A stretch of DNA of 36,032 bases, from contig JALDZX010000007.1 of NCBI GenBank assembly GCA_022813865.1, positions 620,001-656,032 of the forward strand. The letters are read 5' to 3'. This DNA comes from Xylographa opegraphella. Lineage: Eukaryota. The position numbers and the translations under genes were made by a program. Shown here in pieces: positions 22,730 through 35,106 of the stretch (its first letter is position 1; each line of letters opens with the position of its first letter). A model generated the notes under the pieces. That model was not told the origin of the DNA. It worked only from the letters and a program-made list of their open reading frames with translations, and searched no databases.

Positions 22730-24619
22730 CTATCCGATAGTAAAAATCTCTTCAGGACCTCGTCCTGGACTCGGCATGTTGTCAAAGTCCATACATTCGT
22801 CAAGATATGTATCTCCGATTAGCTTCGCCACTTCACTCTCGCCGTCATACCTTAGGACGAATGGTGCAGGTGCTGAATACAATACACAGATCAAATCATT
22901 TGGCTGTATACCGACTGGCCCTCTTCCTATTCTCCCAGTCTCTGTGAAGAAATACGGCCGAGCTGCGCAATTCATTGCCGCGGAGGTATAGATCACCTCT
23001 AACGCCCGACGTCTCATAGGGTCATCACTGTCTTCAAAATCAGTGCAATATACAGAGTGTCTCAATACGTTCAGCAGATCAGAATATGCTTGCAGCACGA
23101 TTGGCCAATGTTCAGGCGTGATTGGTGCGAGAAGATCAAATTCCATATCCCAGTAGTTCATGGTGAGATTTCGTACGTGAGTCTGCAGAGCAATATTTGG
23201 GTCATTTACTCCCTGCCTCGTACGCTCGAAACAGGCTCGGTTTCGCATTAACCATTCTTTCCTGAATGCGTTGTCAGAAAGAGCAAGTTCGAGCCTTTCT
23301 TGATGCACCTCATAGGCCAAGTAGATAAAGTCTTTGATCCGATCGATTTTGAATCCTACAACCTCAAGCTGGGTTGATGTCCTTAAGCGAAGGGCCTGCG
23401 GCAACGATATTTTCGTAGAGATACCTGCCATGTACCCAAACTTGGCCTGATCTCCATCCCAACCACGGGGCCTAACAGCGGCAAGAATGTGACGTACTGA
23501 CATGACAGCATTCCAGTTGGGACACCAGGAAGGCAGTCCTGCCGGCCTCACAACAGATTGAGCCGCTGAAAGGAGGTGCAGGCATCGATTTTGAGTCACG
23601 AGATAACCTGCCAACGGAAGATACGGTATCCAGAACCGATCCTCCAGCAAATAATCCACAGTCAACGACTGCCGTGCCTCGTCAGCGATCAACGCGAGTA
23701 TCGAATAAACTTTATCGATGGGTTTCAGGACCTCCTTCCTTCGAACAACCTCTAGGAAGCCAATGATATTATCCAAAAACTGACCCTTCCTCGCTATTTG
23801 GCCACGATAGAAGGTGATCTCACCCATTGATGAAGATGTATCGCTCAGTGACAAATGGGCGCATCCTTGGCTGTCCATACGTCCCCGTAACTCCTTGTCA
23901 TCAGCCATGATCTGGAGCTCTGCATCCACGAGGGAATAGAAATCATCCCAGTCTATCCAACATCGGCCACAAACGATCTCTAGCTTCTTAGCAAGAAGCG
24001 CTTCTTGAACTACCCACAGCCTACGAAACCAACGATTGAAGAGCAAGCTGGTGAGTGCGGCCCAAACAGAATGTTGTCGTTCCGGGAATGGCGGAGCGTT
24101 CAATTTTTGAGTGGTCAGCGTCTCTTTAGAGGTCCTAACGTTTCTCATAATCTCCTCGACGGTCTGTGAGTTCTTTGACAGTTCATCTGCCAGAAATCCA
24201 CTACCGAGCCAGACAATTACGCAGCGAGCACGGCTATATATGTCGCCCATAAGCTGCACCTGCATTGCCACCTCCGATGGATTACTCTGATCAATACAGA
24301 ACGCATCCATCCATATACTGATTGAAGATGGCGAGGCCTCAGGAACTAGACAAGACAACGTCGTGTGAAGATAATCCGATATGGCCATGCTAAAGCCATT
24401 GCAATCAATGGACCTAACTGGTCCTGCGGTCCCGCTGACGGTCTCGACAGGCCATGCATATGATAAAGCAAGAAAGTACGGTAAATAATTGATATGAAAG
24501 CTTTCCAGGCGACCTCTGAGGGTAGACCCGTCAATGGTGACCTGCAAAATCCGGACATGATCCGCAGGCAGGGTTTGGTAAGCAGATGAAGTTACATGAG
24601 TATCGCCTGCTGACTCCAT
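22730..24619 (-). CDS. Heterokaryon incompatibility HET-domain protein (HET-6-like), intronless
   Basis: 'LALSYAW', 'IWMDAFCIDQSN..E...QVQLMGDIYSRARCVIVWLG', 'WFRRLWVVQE', 'LPSWCPNW' and C-terminal 'FFTETGRIG..P...QPNDLICVL...PFVLR...LIGDTYLDECM'. First ATG at 24619. Confidence 0.92.
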   Translation of the reverse strand: MESAGDTHVTSSAYQTLPADHVRILQVTIDGSTLRGRLESFHINYLPYFLALSYAWPVETVSGTAGPVRSIDCNGFSMAISDYLHTTLSCLVPEASPSSISIWMDAFCIDQSNPSEVAMQVQLMGDIYSRARCVIVWLGSGFLADELSKNSQTVEEIMRNVRTSKETLTTQKLNAPPFPERQHSVWAALTSLLFNRWFRRLWVVQEALLAKKLEIVCGRCWIDWDDFYSLVDAELQIMADDKELRGRMDSQGCAHLSLSDTSSSMGEITFYRGQIARKGQFLDNIIGFLEVVRRKEVLKPIDKVYSILALIADEARQSLTVDYLLEDRFWIPYLPLAGYLVTQNRCLHLLSAAQSVVRPAGLPSWCPNWNAVMSVRHILAAVRPRGWDGDQAKFGYMAGISTKISLPQALRLRTSTQLEVVGFKIDRIKDFIYLAYEVHQERLELALSDNAFRKEWLMRNRACFERTRQGVNDPNIALQTHVRNLTMNYWDMEFDLLAPITPEHWPIVLQAYSDLLNVLRHSVYCTDFEDSDDPMRRRALEVIYTSAAMNCAARPYFFTETGRIGRGPVGIQPNDLICVLYSAPAPFVLRYDGESEVAKLIGDTYLDECMDFDNMPSPGRGPEEIFTIG

Positions 24620-25165
24620 CCAGAAAGTACAACAACATATGAGCAGCAGGTGACAACCAATATGGCAAGTTTCATATAGCCATGGTCGGCCAAATTGCTC
24701 TGTTTTGACTACAAGAGTTGTGGAGAGAGGACCGTGCCCTTGCTCGACGTCCAATCAGAAATTACCATGGCCTGAGATAGGTCCCAGGTCGGCTCTAGAG
24801 TAGTTTAGTATGCCGATCGCAAGAACCAACGCTGAATTATTAATGGCGTTATGTCAATGCCGGAATGGTCAACGTTGATACTGGAGGTCAAACCGGTCAT
24901 TGGACTGAGATATGCCTTTTACGGGGAACTTTTGAGCACATGAGCTTAAAATCTCGAAGTACACTAAGGTGTACACCGTAGCATGGTATAAAATCATAAC
25001 GAAAGTTGGGGTAACTGACGGAGTAGTAATACCCATACAGGTTCATATTTAAATATACACTACCAGGTATGCAGCTTTGACGAGATCCGCTTCACCGAAG
25101 GTTTCAGCCCTCACAACGGTCGGGCTCTGAGTTCTGTCGCCAGATGGCGAGATTTGTTACATGTC

Positions 25166-28100
25166 ATGGACCTCGACAACGTACACGGTCTTCAAGACCC
25201 CATCAGCGGCGACCTCAGCAAGATCAACGTGACGCTACAGGAAGATGAGCTTCGGCGTATAGGCCGAGCCATGGCTTCTCTGTTCTCTCGTAAAGGCAAC
25301 AGCTGGGACGATAATGCATTGGAGCACGTCAACCAATTCACAAGATGCAGAGCATGGCTGACTTCGTTCCAAGCTTACTGCAAGTACTGCTAGACCGACT
25401 ACTGCAAACCGCCGAGGAGCCTAGATTGACAGCTGGTCATCGTGCAGCTTCTTGTAATGCTCTGGCTGCATTTCTGGAACAAGCAGCAGCTCTGCCAGTT
25501 TCTGAAATGCGCATTAAGCTTCTTGGTAACGCCGGGATGACTCGCGCTTTCCAGCTGTATTTGAAAAGGTCAGGGGACTCGCAGTCTAAGCCAATGAGGC
25601 AGTTATTGAGGGTGCTTGTCAAGCTACTTTTGGCAGATTCTTCCAATGTACCAGCTGCTATGATTGTTCATGATATCGTTAAAATCTGCTTAGCTCATAT
25701 CTCTCCCGAGGAAGACTTCTCATGTGCAAAGGCTGCGATGACTCTTGTCACCATGTTCATTCAGAAACGCCTGATAAGCGTGAATATGCTTCTAATGAGC
25801 GAAAGGGCGATATCTCTCATTGAGAACCAGAACATAAAGTCTCAATCAGGCTCGGACCTGCAAATATCTTCTCAAAATTTGCATTCAATCATGTCAGGTT
25901 TTGTATCTCAATTGATGGGCTGGTTGCGATACCCAGATACAGGTCCAGCTGCAGGACGCTTGGTACTGGCACTCTTCGCATTTATCGATGATGCTATAAA
26001 GCTAGATGACTCCCTTGCGGCGTCAACTATCACTTCGCGGGCTGCAATGTGGGTTGTACCAGTGCTAGATGCTGTCCGCTTGCGCCCTGAATTGATAGAG
26101 AATCTTGAGCAACACCTCTTGCCCGAACTGCTCCGCATGGATCTTTCCCACACAGAGGAACTCTTCCGTACTTTACCAATAAAGCAATTGTGCATGGGAA
26201 ACATCGGTTGTCTGACCGACGAAGAGCTTCGGTTATGTCTGGTTGTTATAAGAATGGCTGAAGAGCTAGGAGCAACTGCTCTTCTAGGTAAAGCGCTTCT
26301 CTCCGGGCTACTTTGAATCAATGCTGAAGATCTTACATAGATGATTACATGAATCGCTTGGATTTACATAACCTCTCATATACTCAACATCTCTCTACCG
26401 ATCTTCTCGTGCATGACTCAGCCAGTGTGCGAATATTAGCATTAAGATCGTTCACCTATTCAGCTTCATCCATATTGCCTTTGCCCTCCCATTTGCTTTT
26501 TACCTTGCGACAGGTATTACCTTATTTTCATGCCGAGACAGATTCTGCAGCCCGAAATGAGTTCTGTAGCATCATCAAGAAACTCTTCTCTCGCATACAA
26601 GCGGCGATGCATCGTCTCACTAAAAGATCCTGTGATTTACGACTTGCCACTACGCAATCCGAGGCTTCTATGGAGAGCTCTTTGGAGGAAGATTCCAAAA
26701 ACCTCAAGGATCATACGCTTTTTATCAGCTGGTATGTGGAGCTCTTGCAGAAAGAGCTTCAGCCTACTGCGTCGTACTCACGGCATATATCAGCTCTTAA
26801 AGTGCTGCAACATCTCATTGCCTTTGGTTTATGCACTACTATTCAGTCCAGCTCGCTCATCGCATCTCAGTTTCAATCTCAAGAATTTAGTAAGCTAGTC
26901 GAGCCATGCAAGAACTCCTTCATCCATCTCTTGTTGGAATTGGTTATGGACCCCTTTGACGACGTTAGGACCATGGCAGCTGCAGTACTTGAGGAGCATT
27001 ATTTAATCGTTGCAACAGAGCCGTTGACGTCTAGGAACGCAGGACCAAGCGTTCCTTCAGGCGTCCATAGCGATTCATCTTTGAATGACTCTGCACTTGA
27101 ATTAGCACTGCAGCGATCAGCAGATCTGTCACGTCGGACTGGCCGTGCAGATTACGCTGACGGCGTTGGCCGATTGTATGATGTCCGATGCTTGATTTCT
27201 GGTCGGAACAAGAAGTCAGATGGAGGATGCTGCGAAAGATACTTGCTATTCGAGAGGTTGATTTCCGGACTTGAATTGGATATTCAATTAGCGCACGATA
27301 ATCTTCAGACCGCTATTGTTTCCGCACCTTTACATGGTCACCTAATCGCACTGCGGTAAGGAGCTTCTCCTGGCCCCTATATAAATCATTATTCACTGTC
27401 GTCTGTAGGTATATAATCAATCGCAAAGGATTCCTCGAACTATTGGAACTTGATTCTCGAGGTTGGCGGCGGATGCACAACCGGCTAGTCCATTGTTTTT
27501 CAATGGTATGGACCGTAGTCAAAGATGTTGTCTGTTACGACTCTCCGGAGGGGCATATTTTTACAGAAGTAGAAGAGGTCGAATCGGATGTTAATGTCAA
27601 GGATGCACTGTCCTATTCGTGGCGGGCATTAAAGGAAACTAGGTATTTCTATATCCTAAGCCGCTTTTCAGTGACACTCATAGGTGCAGCGCTTTGATAC
27701 ATGCAATGATTTCCAATCCTGGCTACAGTCCTTCAAGTTCATATGGTGGACTATCATACGAGGATCTCAAGACGTTGGGAGATCTCACACTTACGCAGCT
27801 TGCCGAACTACGACACCGAGGTGCCTTTTCTACTGTGTCCCAGACATTTCTTGGATGCTGCATCCGATGTGCCGCATCAGAGGACTCAGATGTCGTAGAG
27901 CTGCCAGGTCTCTGGTATAAGGTAGGAACTCTTCCACGTGCACTTTGTATGTTGATACAGCTGCATGCTCACTATCAGCAGGAAGCCCTGATCTGCATAG
28001 AGGCAAAAGCTGCTGCTTTGACAAGAAGATCTGCTGGACTCCCAGCTATGATCACTGGAATACTCGCAGCCTATCCTAATGGCTCATTCTTTGACCAAGT

Positions 28101-30678
28101 TATTCTCGATCTACAAAAGATAGCTAACGCACCTGTGGTACGGACAACCGACCACACTGACATTCGCTTGTCCCAAGTTCATGCCTTGAACTGCCTTAAG
28201 GATGTTTTCACGAATTCACGTTTGGGTTCTTCGACGGAGAACCATCTGGCTACTACCCTGGTTATTGCCATCAACTGCCTCCAGAGAGACGTGTAAGTTC
28301 TCATTTCGTCCCGCTGAGAACTTAGAATAACCCCGCTTCCAGGTGGGCGATTCGCAATTGTGGCTTGATGCTGCTCAAGGCCTTACTCACGAGACTTGTG
28401 GGAGGTAGCGGTAAAACACCAAGGCCCGGATCGCAAGCCCACTCTGGCTATTTAACGTCAAGGATAACGTACGATGGATACGGAGTTCTAGCGGATCTGG
28501 TTTTACGCCTTCTGCAACATCAGAGTACTGCCGATCTCAGCGCAGAGAGTACGACTGTCAATTATAATAAATCAAATACGATTTTCCAGTCCATCCAAAT
28601 GGTGTTCCCAGCCATGGAGATCATTGAGAGAATTGGAGTTGCAGCCAGGCATAAGCTGCTTGTTGAGCAGTTGCTGCTGACATATGTTGATAGTCCAGTA
28701 TGGAGTTTGAGAGATAAAGCAGCAATGATTCTAAGCAGTATGGTAGAGAAAAAACTTCTCTTCAACAACGTCTACTCTGTGATGCAAGGTACGCCTCCGA
28801 AAGGACCAAATTCGCATCAGAATGCTGTACACGGGAGACTGTTGTGCCTGAAATATATGATCGAGGGTCAGCGACATAACCATACGGGTGGGTCTTGCAT
28901 TAATTTCGTTCAAGGTCGGTATTGATACTTACTGCGTGTAGGCCGCGTTGATATTCATGAAGCGTTACACACGCTTGCTGGACTGTTACGAATAAATTTG
29001 TCAACGGACACTGCTCGAGTTTCCGTGGCTGTATTGCTCGACGTTCTGAGTTCTACAGTGGAGACATTACTCCTTAGTCGCTTTCAAAGTGTCCTTCGAT
29101 CAGGTAGACAATGCCTCCTCTCCGAAGACATCAAACACATAGCATTACTGCCTGGGAAAGAACACAGAAACCAAGACCTTCTGCAGAATTGGAAACGGAC
29201 TGTTCAAGTTCTTTCCCAAATTACCAGTAATTCGAGGATTCATGCAACCGACTCTTATATTTCTGCGCTAGCACACGCTCGCGTCCTTTCTGCCCTTTCG
29301 GAAACCACAATATCAGATCATGATTGTATCACACTCAACGTACTTCGATGTCTCAACGAGGCCGGCAATATTGCCTTTTATGCTGGTATCAAATGTTTCA
29401 ACAATATGCACAAGATGTTTGATCCACTCAAAGTGCAGCCACTCCAAATTTACACCACTTTACTGCAGCAAGTAGCAGCAGCAGACAGTCGAATCGCGCT
29501 GATGGAAGGTCTATCAACATTTCTTAGCCTACCTCGGCAACTGGATAAAACAGATGGATTGCCTACTTCAACAGCGCCTATGACTTTCGGAGACGAACAT
29601 ACACATCTCATCAGCTGGGGCCAGCAAGAGCAAATAACTGATTCCATAACTACGCATACAACATTGAAGCTCCGCGGTGCTTTGTTGGCCCATGAATGCA
29701 AAATTGGTTCCCTAGAAGACCCCAAGCTGAAACGAAAGCTAGAGATATGGGCTCGAATGCTGAAGCTTGCGGGAGAAGTGAAATCTGTATGCATACCCTA
29801 GTTCTGGTTCTTCGTATACTTAAAATGACTCGTGGCACAAACAGGACCTCTCCACTCGACTCGCCGCCGCTACTTCTATCGACTGTTTCAAACATGCCTT
29901 TCGTCCCGAACACTCTGGGATATGCTCCCCGTTGGAATTTTTAGGCATCTATCTCGCACTTTATGACGTCCTTCTTGATGATGACGACGAAGTCCGTGGA
30001 ATTGGAGCACTAGTCGTCTCCTGGATTTTCTCGAGCCCGAATTCCTCTCCCCAGCCCGCAAGCAAAGAAAGCATATCTCTTAGCCCTATGGCAGCCGTTG
30101 ATAAGATGCTGAGCCTGCTAACGACAGCATATTGTGAATCCAGCGTGCTCCTCTACGAGGCATTGTCCCGCCTGACTGGTAGAATATCGACGATCACTTA
30201 CGATAAGAATACCTCCGGCAGTACACCTGTTCGACAACTTGAGATATGTGACTTCTTGTCACCTATTCGTGACTTGTTCGACATAGCGAGAAAGGAGGAT
30301 ACTGCCCTGTTCGTGGAAGAGAAGCAAAACTTATACATCGATCCGGCTCAAGAATCGCAAAGATGGGCTTCTGTTCTCATACACATCTCTTCAGCAGCCT
30401 TGACAGATTCTACAATCTCATTCGTTGTCGAATGGGTCTGCGCTGGACTAGAGCGCTTGGTGGACATTGCAGGCCAAGAAGCGGGTGGTCCGCTCGGATG
30501 GATGACAAAACCGGAGGTGTTCACACTAGGTCTACGAGTCCTGGAGACAATACGAGTATTACAAAATTGGGACAGTCGTGGCCTCGTCCGCCAGAGTCCG
30601 AATCTCAAAAGTCTCATGACGAAGTTCCAGCAGGCAGACATCCACCCTGTGTGGTTGTCAAGGGTACCGAAGGAATAG
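25166..30678 (+). CDS. THADA/Trm732 HEAT-repeat protein (DUF2428; tRNA 2'-O-methyltransferase partner); approx. exons 25166-~25323, ~25374-26287, 26341-27355, 27409-27642, 27690-27921, 27979-28292, 28343-28887, 28942-29786, 29845-30678
   Basis: 'DPFDDVR', 'DSPEG', 'LSYSWRALKE', 'LRHRGAFS', 'TRRSAGLP', 'VHALNCLK', 'WAIRNCGLML', 'LLDDDDEVR', 'LFVEEKQNLYID'. Boundaries of the first intron are ambiguous. Confidence 0.92.
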
Positions 30679-31874
30679 TGACAGTGTTTGACAGTGTATG
30701 TGTCTGCAAATTGCAGGGAATACTTCGTGCAGAACTTGGAGTCCGAGTGAATATACCAGTGAATTTTTGTTTTCTGTTCTCACCCGTCCCAGTGATGTAC
30801 GACTCAGATTTCATAACAATCGGAACCATCCCTCGGTTTACGCATACCCGCGAATCTGGATACTATAGGGAAAGCGTTGATGACAAGGTTTGCTTTACCA
30901 GCTACGATACGTGGAATGACACGCTTTTCTAGGAACCATTGAAGCCTCTTGTTTCTCATTCATACAACACTTAGCGCCACACCCCGCTAACCTGGAGGAT
31001 GTCACAAACGACGAGTGACTTACTTTTCGTTATTGCGTACGCCCTACTCACTGCTAGCGGGCTCCTACCTCTCATTTGGCTTGGTTATTTGATGTATAAG
31101 CGAGGATATGCTGGGGTGTAGTCATCCTCACTCATTGGATTAGAAGAAGGGACTTTGTCCGTTGGCTGCCAGCCATTCGTGGGATGGAAGAAGTAAAATG
31201 GTATGTTCGAGGCAGCGTTCTGTAAGTTTTTTGCTCAGTGCCCCAGAACTTCTGGAGGACTCGAGTAAATCACAAAGTTTCTTAACACTTCATCGCTGTT
31301 AGAACGTCATCACCGGACCCGTAATACCCCCATCAAGACGATAGCATTATTCAGCGATACAACATACACAGCAAATGCCGAAACGAAATCGTTCCTGTGC
31401 CCATCTAGGCTGGCGATCGATGAATCCTCATTTCCACTCCTACCTCCAGTGGGCTCTGATCTTTACTACTGGATGCTTCTGCTATACGTGTTGCATCAAC
31501 GTGAGCAAGGCGATGATGGAAGACAGTGACAATAATTAGAACTCTGGTGGAACGCTAGAAACGCTACCATGTATTTCTTGACTGGGCTTAAAAGTATCTC
31601 TAACCTACGAACTCTTGGCTTCTCCTATTGCAATACAACAATATACAATAATTTGGAAAGGGCTGAATGTAATGTTGCTATTTGCCGAAGCATCGAGCAG
31701 GATTTGTCCACTTCCGAAGCCGTGATCACTGTGACCATCAGTAAGGTAACAAAGACCCGCCATAAACCGCCGTCCTGGGCAGAAATACAGAATACATAAC
31801 GCCGAATACTGTTGTCCTTGAATAATTCCTGTGTGAAAGCAGCCGTGCAAGTCCTCGAAGATCACGGTGGTCCG

Positions 31875-33221
31875 TCATTCTACCATGGCGACCAGAAGTT
31901 TCTGGTAGTCCCCACTCGTTTCACCCTTGATCCGTTGCACAAGATCCTTCCCGTATTTGACCTTGTATGCACCTTTGACCTGGCCCATATGCTGTCGGTC
32001 CCAATGACACCGAACCACTCTGGAGACGAGCATATCATCTTTCGTCCCAAGCCCTGCCATGGCATCTTCCAGCAGAACCGCATCTCTCATTGCCCGGTCG
32101 CTGCCAGCTCTTACCATCTGTACGAGCGCAGCTTTCATATGTCCCGAGAATTCCTTGGCAAGTACCTTTTCCAAGGAGAGACGGTACTTGGCTTCATAAG
32201 CGAGGGCAATGGCGCGGATCTGGCCGTCGCTGCGGGAGCTCAGGATGGAGCAGACTTTGAGTTCATCGGTGCCGTGCTTGCCTTCGGTACTCCGGTGAAG
32301 TTCCTCGACATCTGCGTCGACACTGTGGGGCAGGACCGGAGCAGATTCTTCCTGTCTCGTCGCAGAAAGTATCATCGAGAACAATCGTTGTGTCAATGCA
32401 GAAAGATCGTCGTTGACTGCCGATTCCAGGGAGTGGTGGTATGTCGATTGATATGCTTGCTTGATTGCGTTGAGGTCGGCATTTGAGCGGGCAATCAGGA
32501 CATCATTCAAGAGATCCTCGTTGGTGCCGAGTCCTTTCAAGGCTTTGTTCAGGAGGAAGACATCCTGTTGGAGGGGTCCCCGTAGAATCGATAGCAGCGC
32601 AAATTCGAAGTGATTCCTGGTCTCGGACGCCACGTCCGCTTCAAGGCTTCGCTTATGCCTCTGTTGATATATTTGCTTGAGATGGGGAATGAGCGGGCCA
32701 GGGTAGTGGCAGAGAGTGCGGATCAGGGTAGATTCGTCTGTACCGAAACCCTTCATAGCTTTCCGGAGCGCATCGGCCGCGCTTGCCGCAGTGGCATCAT
32801 TCACAGGCATTGTATTCGGTCCGTAGCCCGGAGAAGGAGGCGTTGGCATTGACGATCCATACTGTTGCGACCCGAACTGCTGCTGATGATTGCCATACTG
32901 ACCTTGAGGATTGGAAGACGCCGGCGGCTGCTGGGTGAAAGCCGCTCCGTACGGTTGCTGTGGGGCATGCTGCTGCGGTGGGTAGCCTGCTTGTTGTTGA
33001 CCGTAGTGCTGCGGCTGGGGTGGACCCATTCCGTATGACTGCTGATGGCCCATATTCCCTGGATGTTGCTGGCCAAACTGTTGTGGTGGGGGATAGCCCG
33101 GTTGCTGGCCATAAGGACTTGATGGCGGCGGGTATCCCTGAGGTGTAGCTTGGCCAGGTGGAGGCGCTCCATATGGCGCTCCATATGGTGGAACGCTCCC
33201 TTGCGGAGGAGGATAAGACAT
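31875..33221 (-). CDS. Fungal annexin with Pro/Gln/Gly/Tyr-rich N-terminus (annexin A7-like)
   Basis: Four annexin repeats ('MKGFGTDE', 'LKGLGTNE', 'GKHGTDE', 'MAGLGTKD...GETSGDY'). First ATG MSYPPPQG at 33221. Confidence 0.95.
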   Translation of the reverse strand: MSYPPPQGSVPPYGAPYGAPPPGQATPQGYPPPSSPYGQQPGYPPPQQFGQQHPGNMGHQQSYGMGPPQPQHYGQQQAGYPPQQHAPQQPYGAAFTQQPPASSNPQGQYGNHQQQFGSQQYGSSMPTPPSPGYGPNTMPVNDATAASAADALRKAMKGFGTDESTLIRTLCHYPGPLIPHLKQIYQQRHKRSLEADVASETRNHFEFALLSILRGPLQQDVFLLNKALKGLGTNEDLLNDVLIARSNADLNAIKQAYQSTYHHSLESAVNDDLSALTQRLFSMILSATRQEESAPVLPHSVDADVEELHRSTEGKHGTDELKVCSILSSRSDGQIRAIALAYEAKYRLSLEKVLAKEFSGHMKAALVQMVRAGSDRAMRDAVLLEDAMAGLGTKDDMLVSRVVRCHWDRQHMGQVKGAYKVKYGKDLVQRIKGETSGDYQKLLVAMVE

Positions 33222-33776
33222 CAGTGCTTGATGAATAGGGAGGTGGTGCTTGTCGTGGCTGCAGTTGCGACGAATGCGCTCCCTATGAAGCGATTTCCAC
33301 TGGTGATTCCGCACCTATGTTAGTAAAAGAGCGTTGAGAGAATTTCAGATGGATTACCACTTGAATAGCTGAGCAGACGTGAATGCCATTCTGCACTGCT
33401 TTGTGGGCACTTTCTGCACAGCCCGTAACCAGGCCACGACGACGTATGACGGGGAAGTGGCGCCATCACCCCACTTCCCGATCAGCCTTGGCTAATCTTG
33501 ACTTTGGGAGGTGAGAGTGGCCGGCCATTACTTGCATGACCTTAAGGTGACCATGGGACCTGGGTCAATCGTTCATGCCGTGCGTTGAAACGGCGTAAGG
33601 TAAGGCGTTTTTCCAGGCTCACTTGAATGGGAAGCGTATTCTACAGTAGAATCATGGATTACAAATACGAGTTTGAAAAATTCAATTTAATATATATCTA
33701 CATTAACCATATAATTCAACGGTTTGATTCAAAGATTTATCAACAGAGTCAAAAGCATATGAACTATGTGTTATCA

Positions 33777-35106
33777 TCAGACCATTTCTCTTCGACTCGG
33801 CCCCAGCGCTCGTCCCTCTTCAGTTTTCTCCCAAGGCCGTATTTGATCACCTAAACCGCCATCATCATTCTCGCGATTACTCCACGTCTCGATATCGATC
33901 TGGTGCGCCACCTCAATAACCATAGGGTCCGCGCTGGGCTTCGACCGCGGCTCGAGTCGAATGTACTCTTCGTCGCCCGTACTGCAGCCGTAGGAGGGGT
34001 ACGAATTCTTCTTGTTGCCGGAGGGCTTCGAGGGGTATGAGGGGTACGAGGAAGCACGACTACGCTTCGCAGAGCGTTCGCGGACGGTGCCCAGACAAAT
34101 GTCGTACAGGGGCTTCAGAGCTGGAAGAGAACCGCAGATGATAACGAGGAAGGTCTCGGCACCGTTCCAAAGGAGGAGGTCGTACTATCGCTGTTAACGA
34201 TGGTAATCTGAAGTATCAGGCCGAGCAGTAATTACCGTAGCCCAAGTGACGTCCAGGGCGTTCGTTTCAGGAAGTTTGGAAGTTTTGACGGCGCCGCAAA
34301 TACCAGCGAGCACGCCACCAGCCATGAGTATACAAAGAGCTACACGCTTTTGTATACTTAGTTTGAGATTCCAAAAAATGGTGATGGGAATAATGGCGAG
34401 ACAGAAGTCGATGAATACGTTCCAGCCTAGTCAAATGGTGTTAATTTTTATTCGTGCTGTGGATGTTTCATTTGAACACGTACTCGAACTGAAAATAGTC
34501 ACATTTGTCATGATGACCGGATTCCAGCAACTCGCTTGAATCAGAATGTTCCAAATGCCTTCCGAGGGTGTGCACGCAGTGAAAAGGAGAATGGAGTTCA
34601 AAACGCTGATGAGAATCGTAGAAACTATGGTGAACCATAGAAATCGTCGTCGCCAGTAGCTCGAGCCCATGATTCGGAGGACCAAGGCAGCAACAGAGGC
34701 CCGTCCTGTAGCGATCCCCATAATAGCAAGAGGCTGACAGATATAGAAGACCTTCGTCACCAAGATGAGTTGTTGTACTCCATCAACGGTGATCAGGAAG
34801 TAAATATGACGACAGCCTCCGTCCAGGGCCAGAAACGTGCCCGCTATCGTGAGGCCAAGCAGTTGCAACTATGATCATGGTCAGTTGGCGATTTCTCCCC
34901 GTCCATCGAATAAAAAGGTTACTGACCATTGCTAACAGCATGAGCCAATCGTCCCAGCCAACCGCCCGAATCTTAATTCGAGCCCAAAACCTCAAGCCGG
35001 TAACTACAGCCCCGACGGTGAAAATGGCCCAGTAAAGAGAGTAAACGGTCGCCCCTCTATCTTGATCTCCATCTGGAGGGGGCCCCTGAGCCAGGATGTC
35101 GTCCAT
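33777..35106 (-). CDS. PTH11-like (fungal rhodopsin domain) integral membrane protein, no CFEM; exons 35106-34927, 34868-34484, 34426-34236, 34184-33777
   Basis: 'LRFWARIKIRAVGWDDWLM', 'GRASVAALVLRI', 'CTP...W', 'WNVFIDFCLAIIP', 'LWNGAETFLVIICGSLPALKPL'. Three GT-AG introns. Confidence 0.9.

Noticed and set aside
24620..24754. N-terminal extension of the HET ORF from TTG
   Set aside because: Non-ATG start; the HET-like sequence begins right after ATG 24619.
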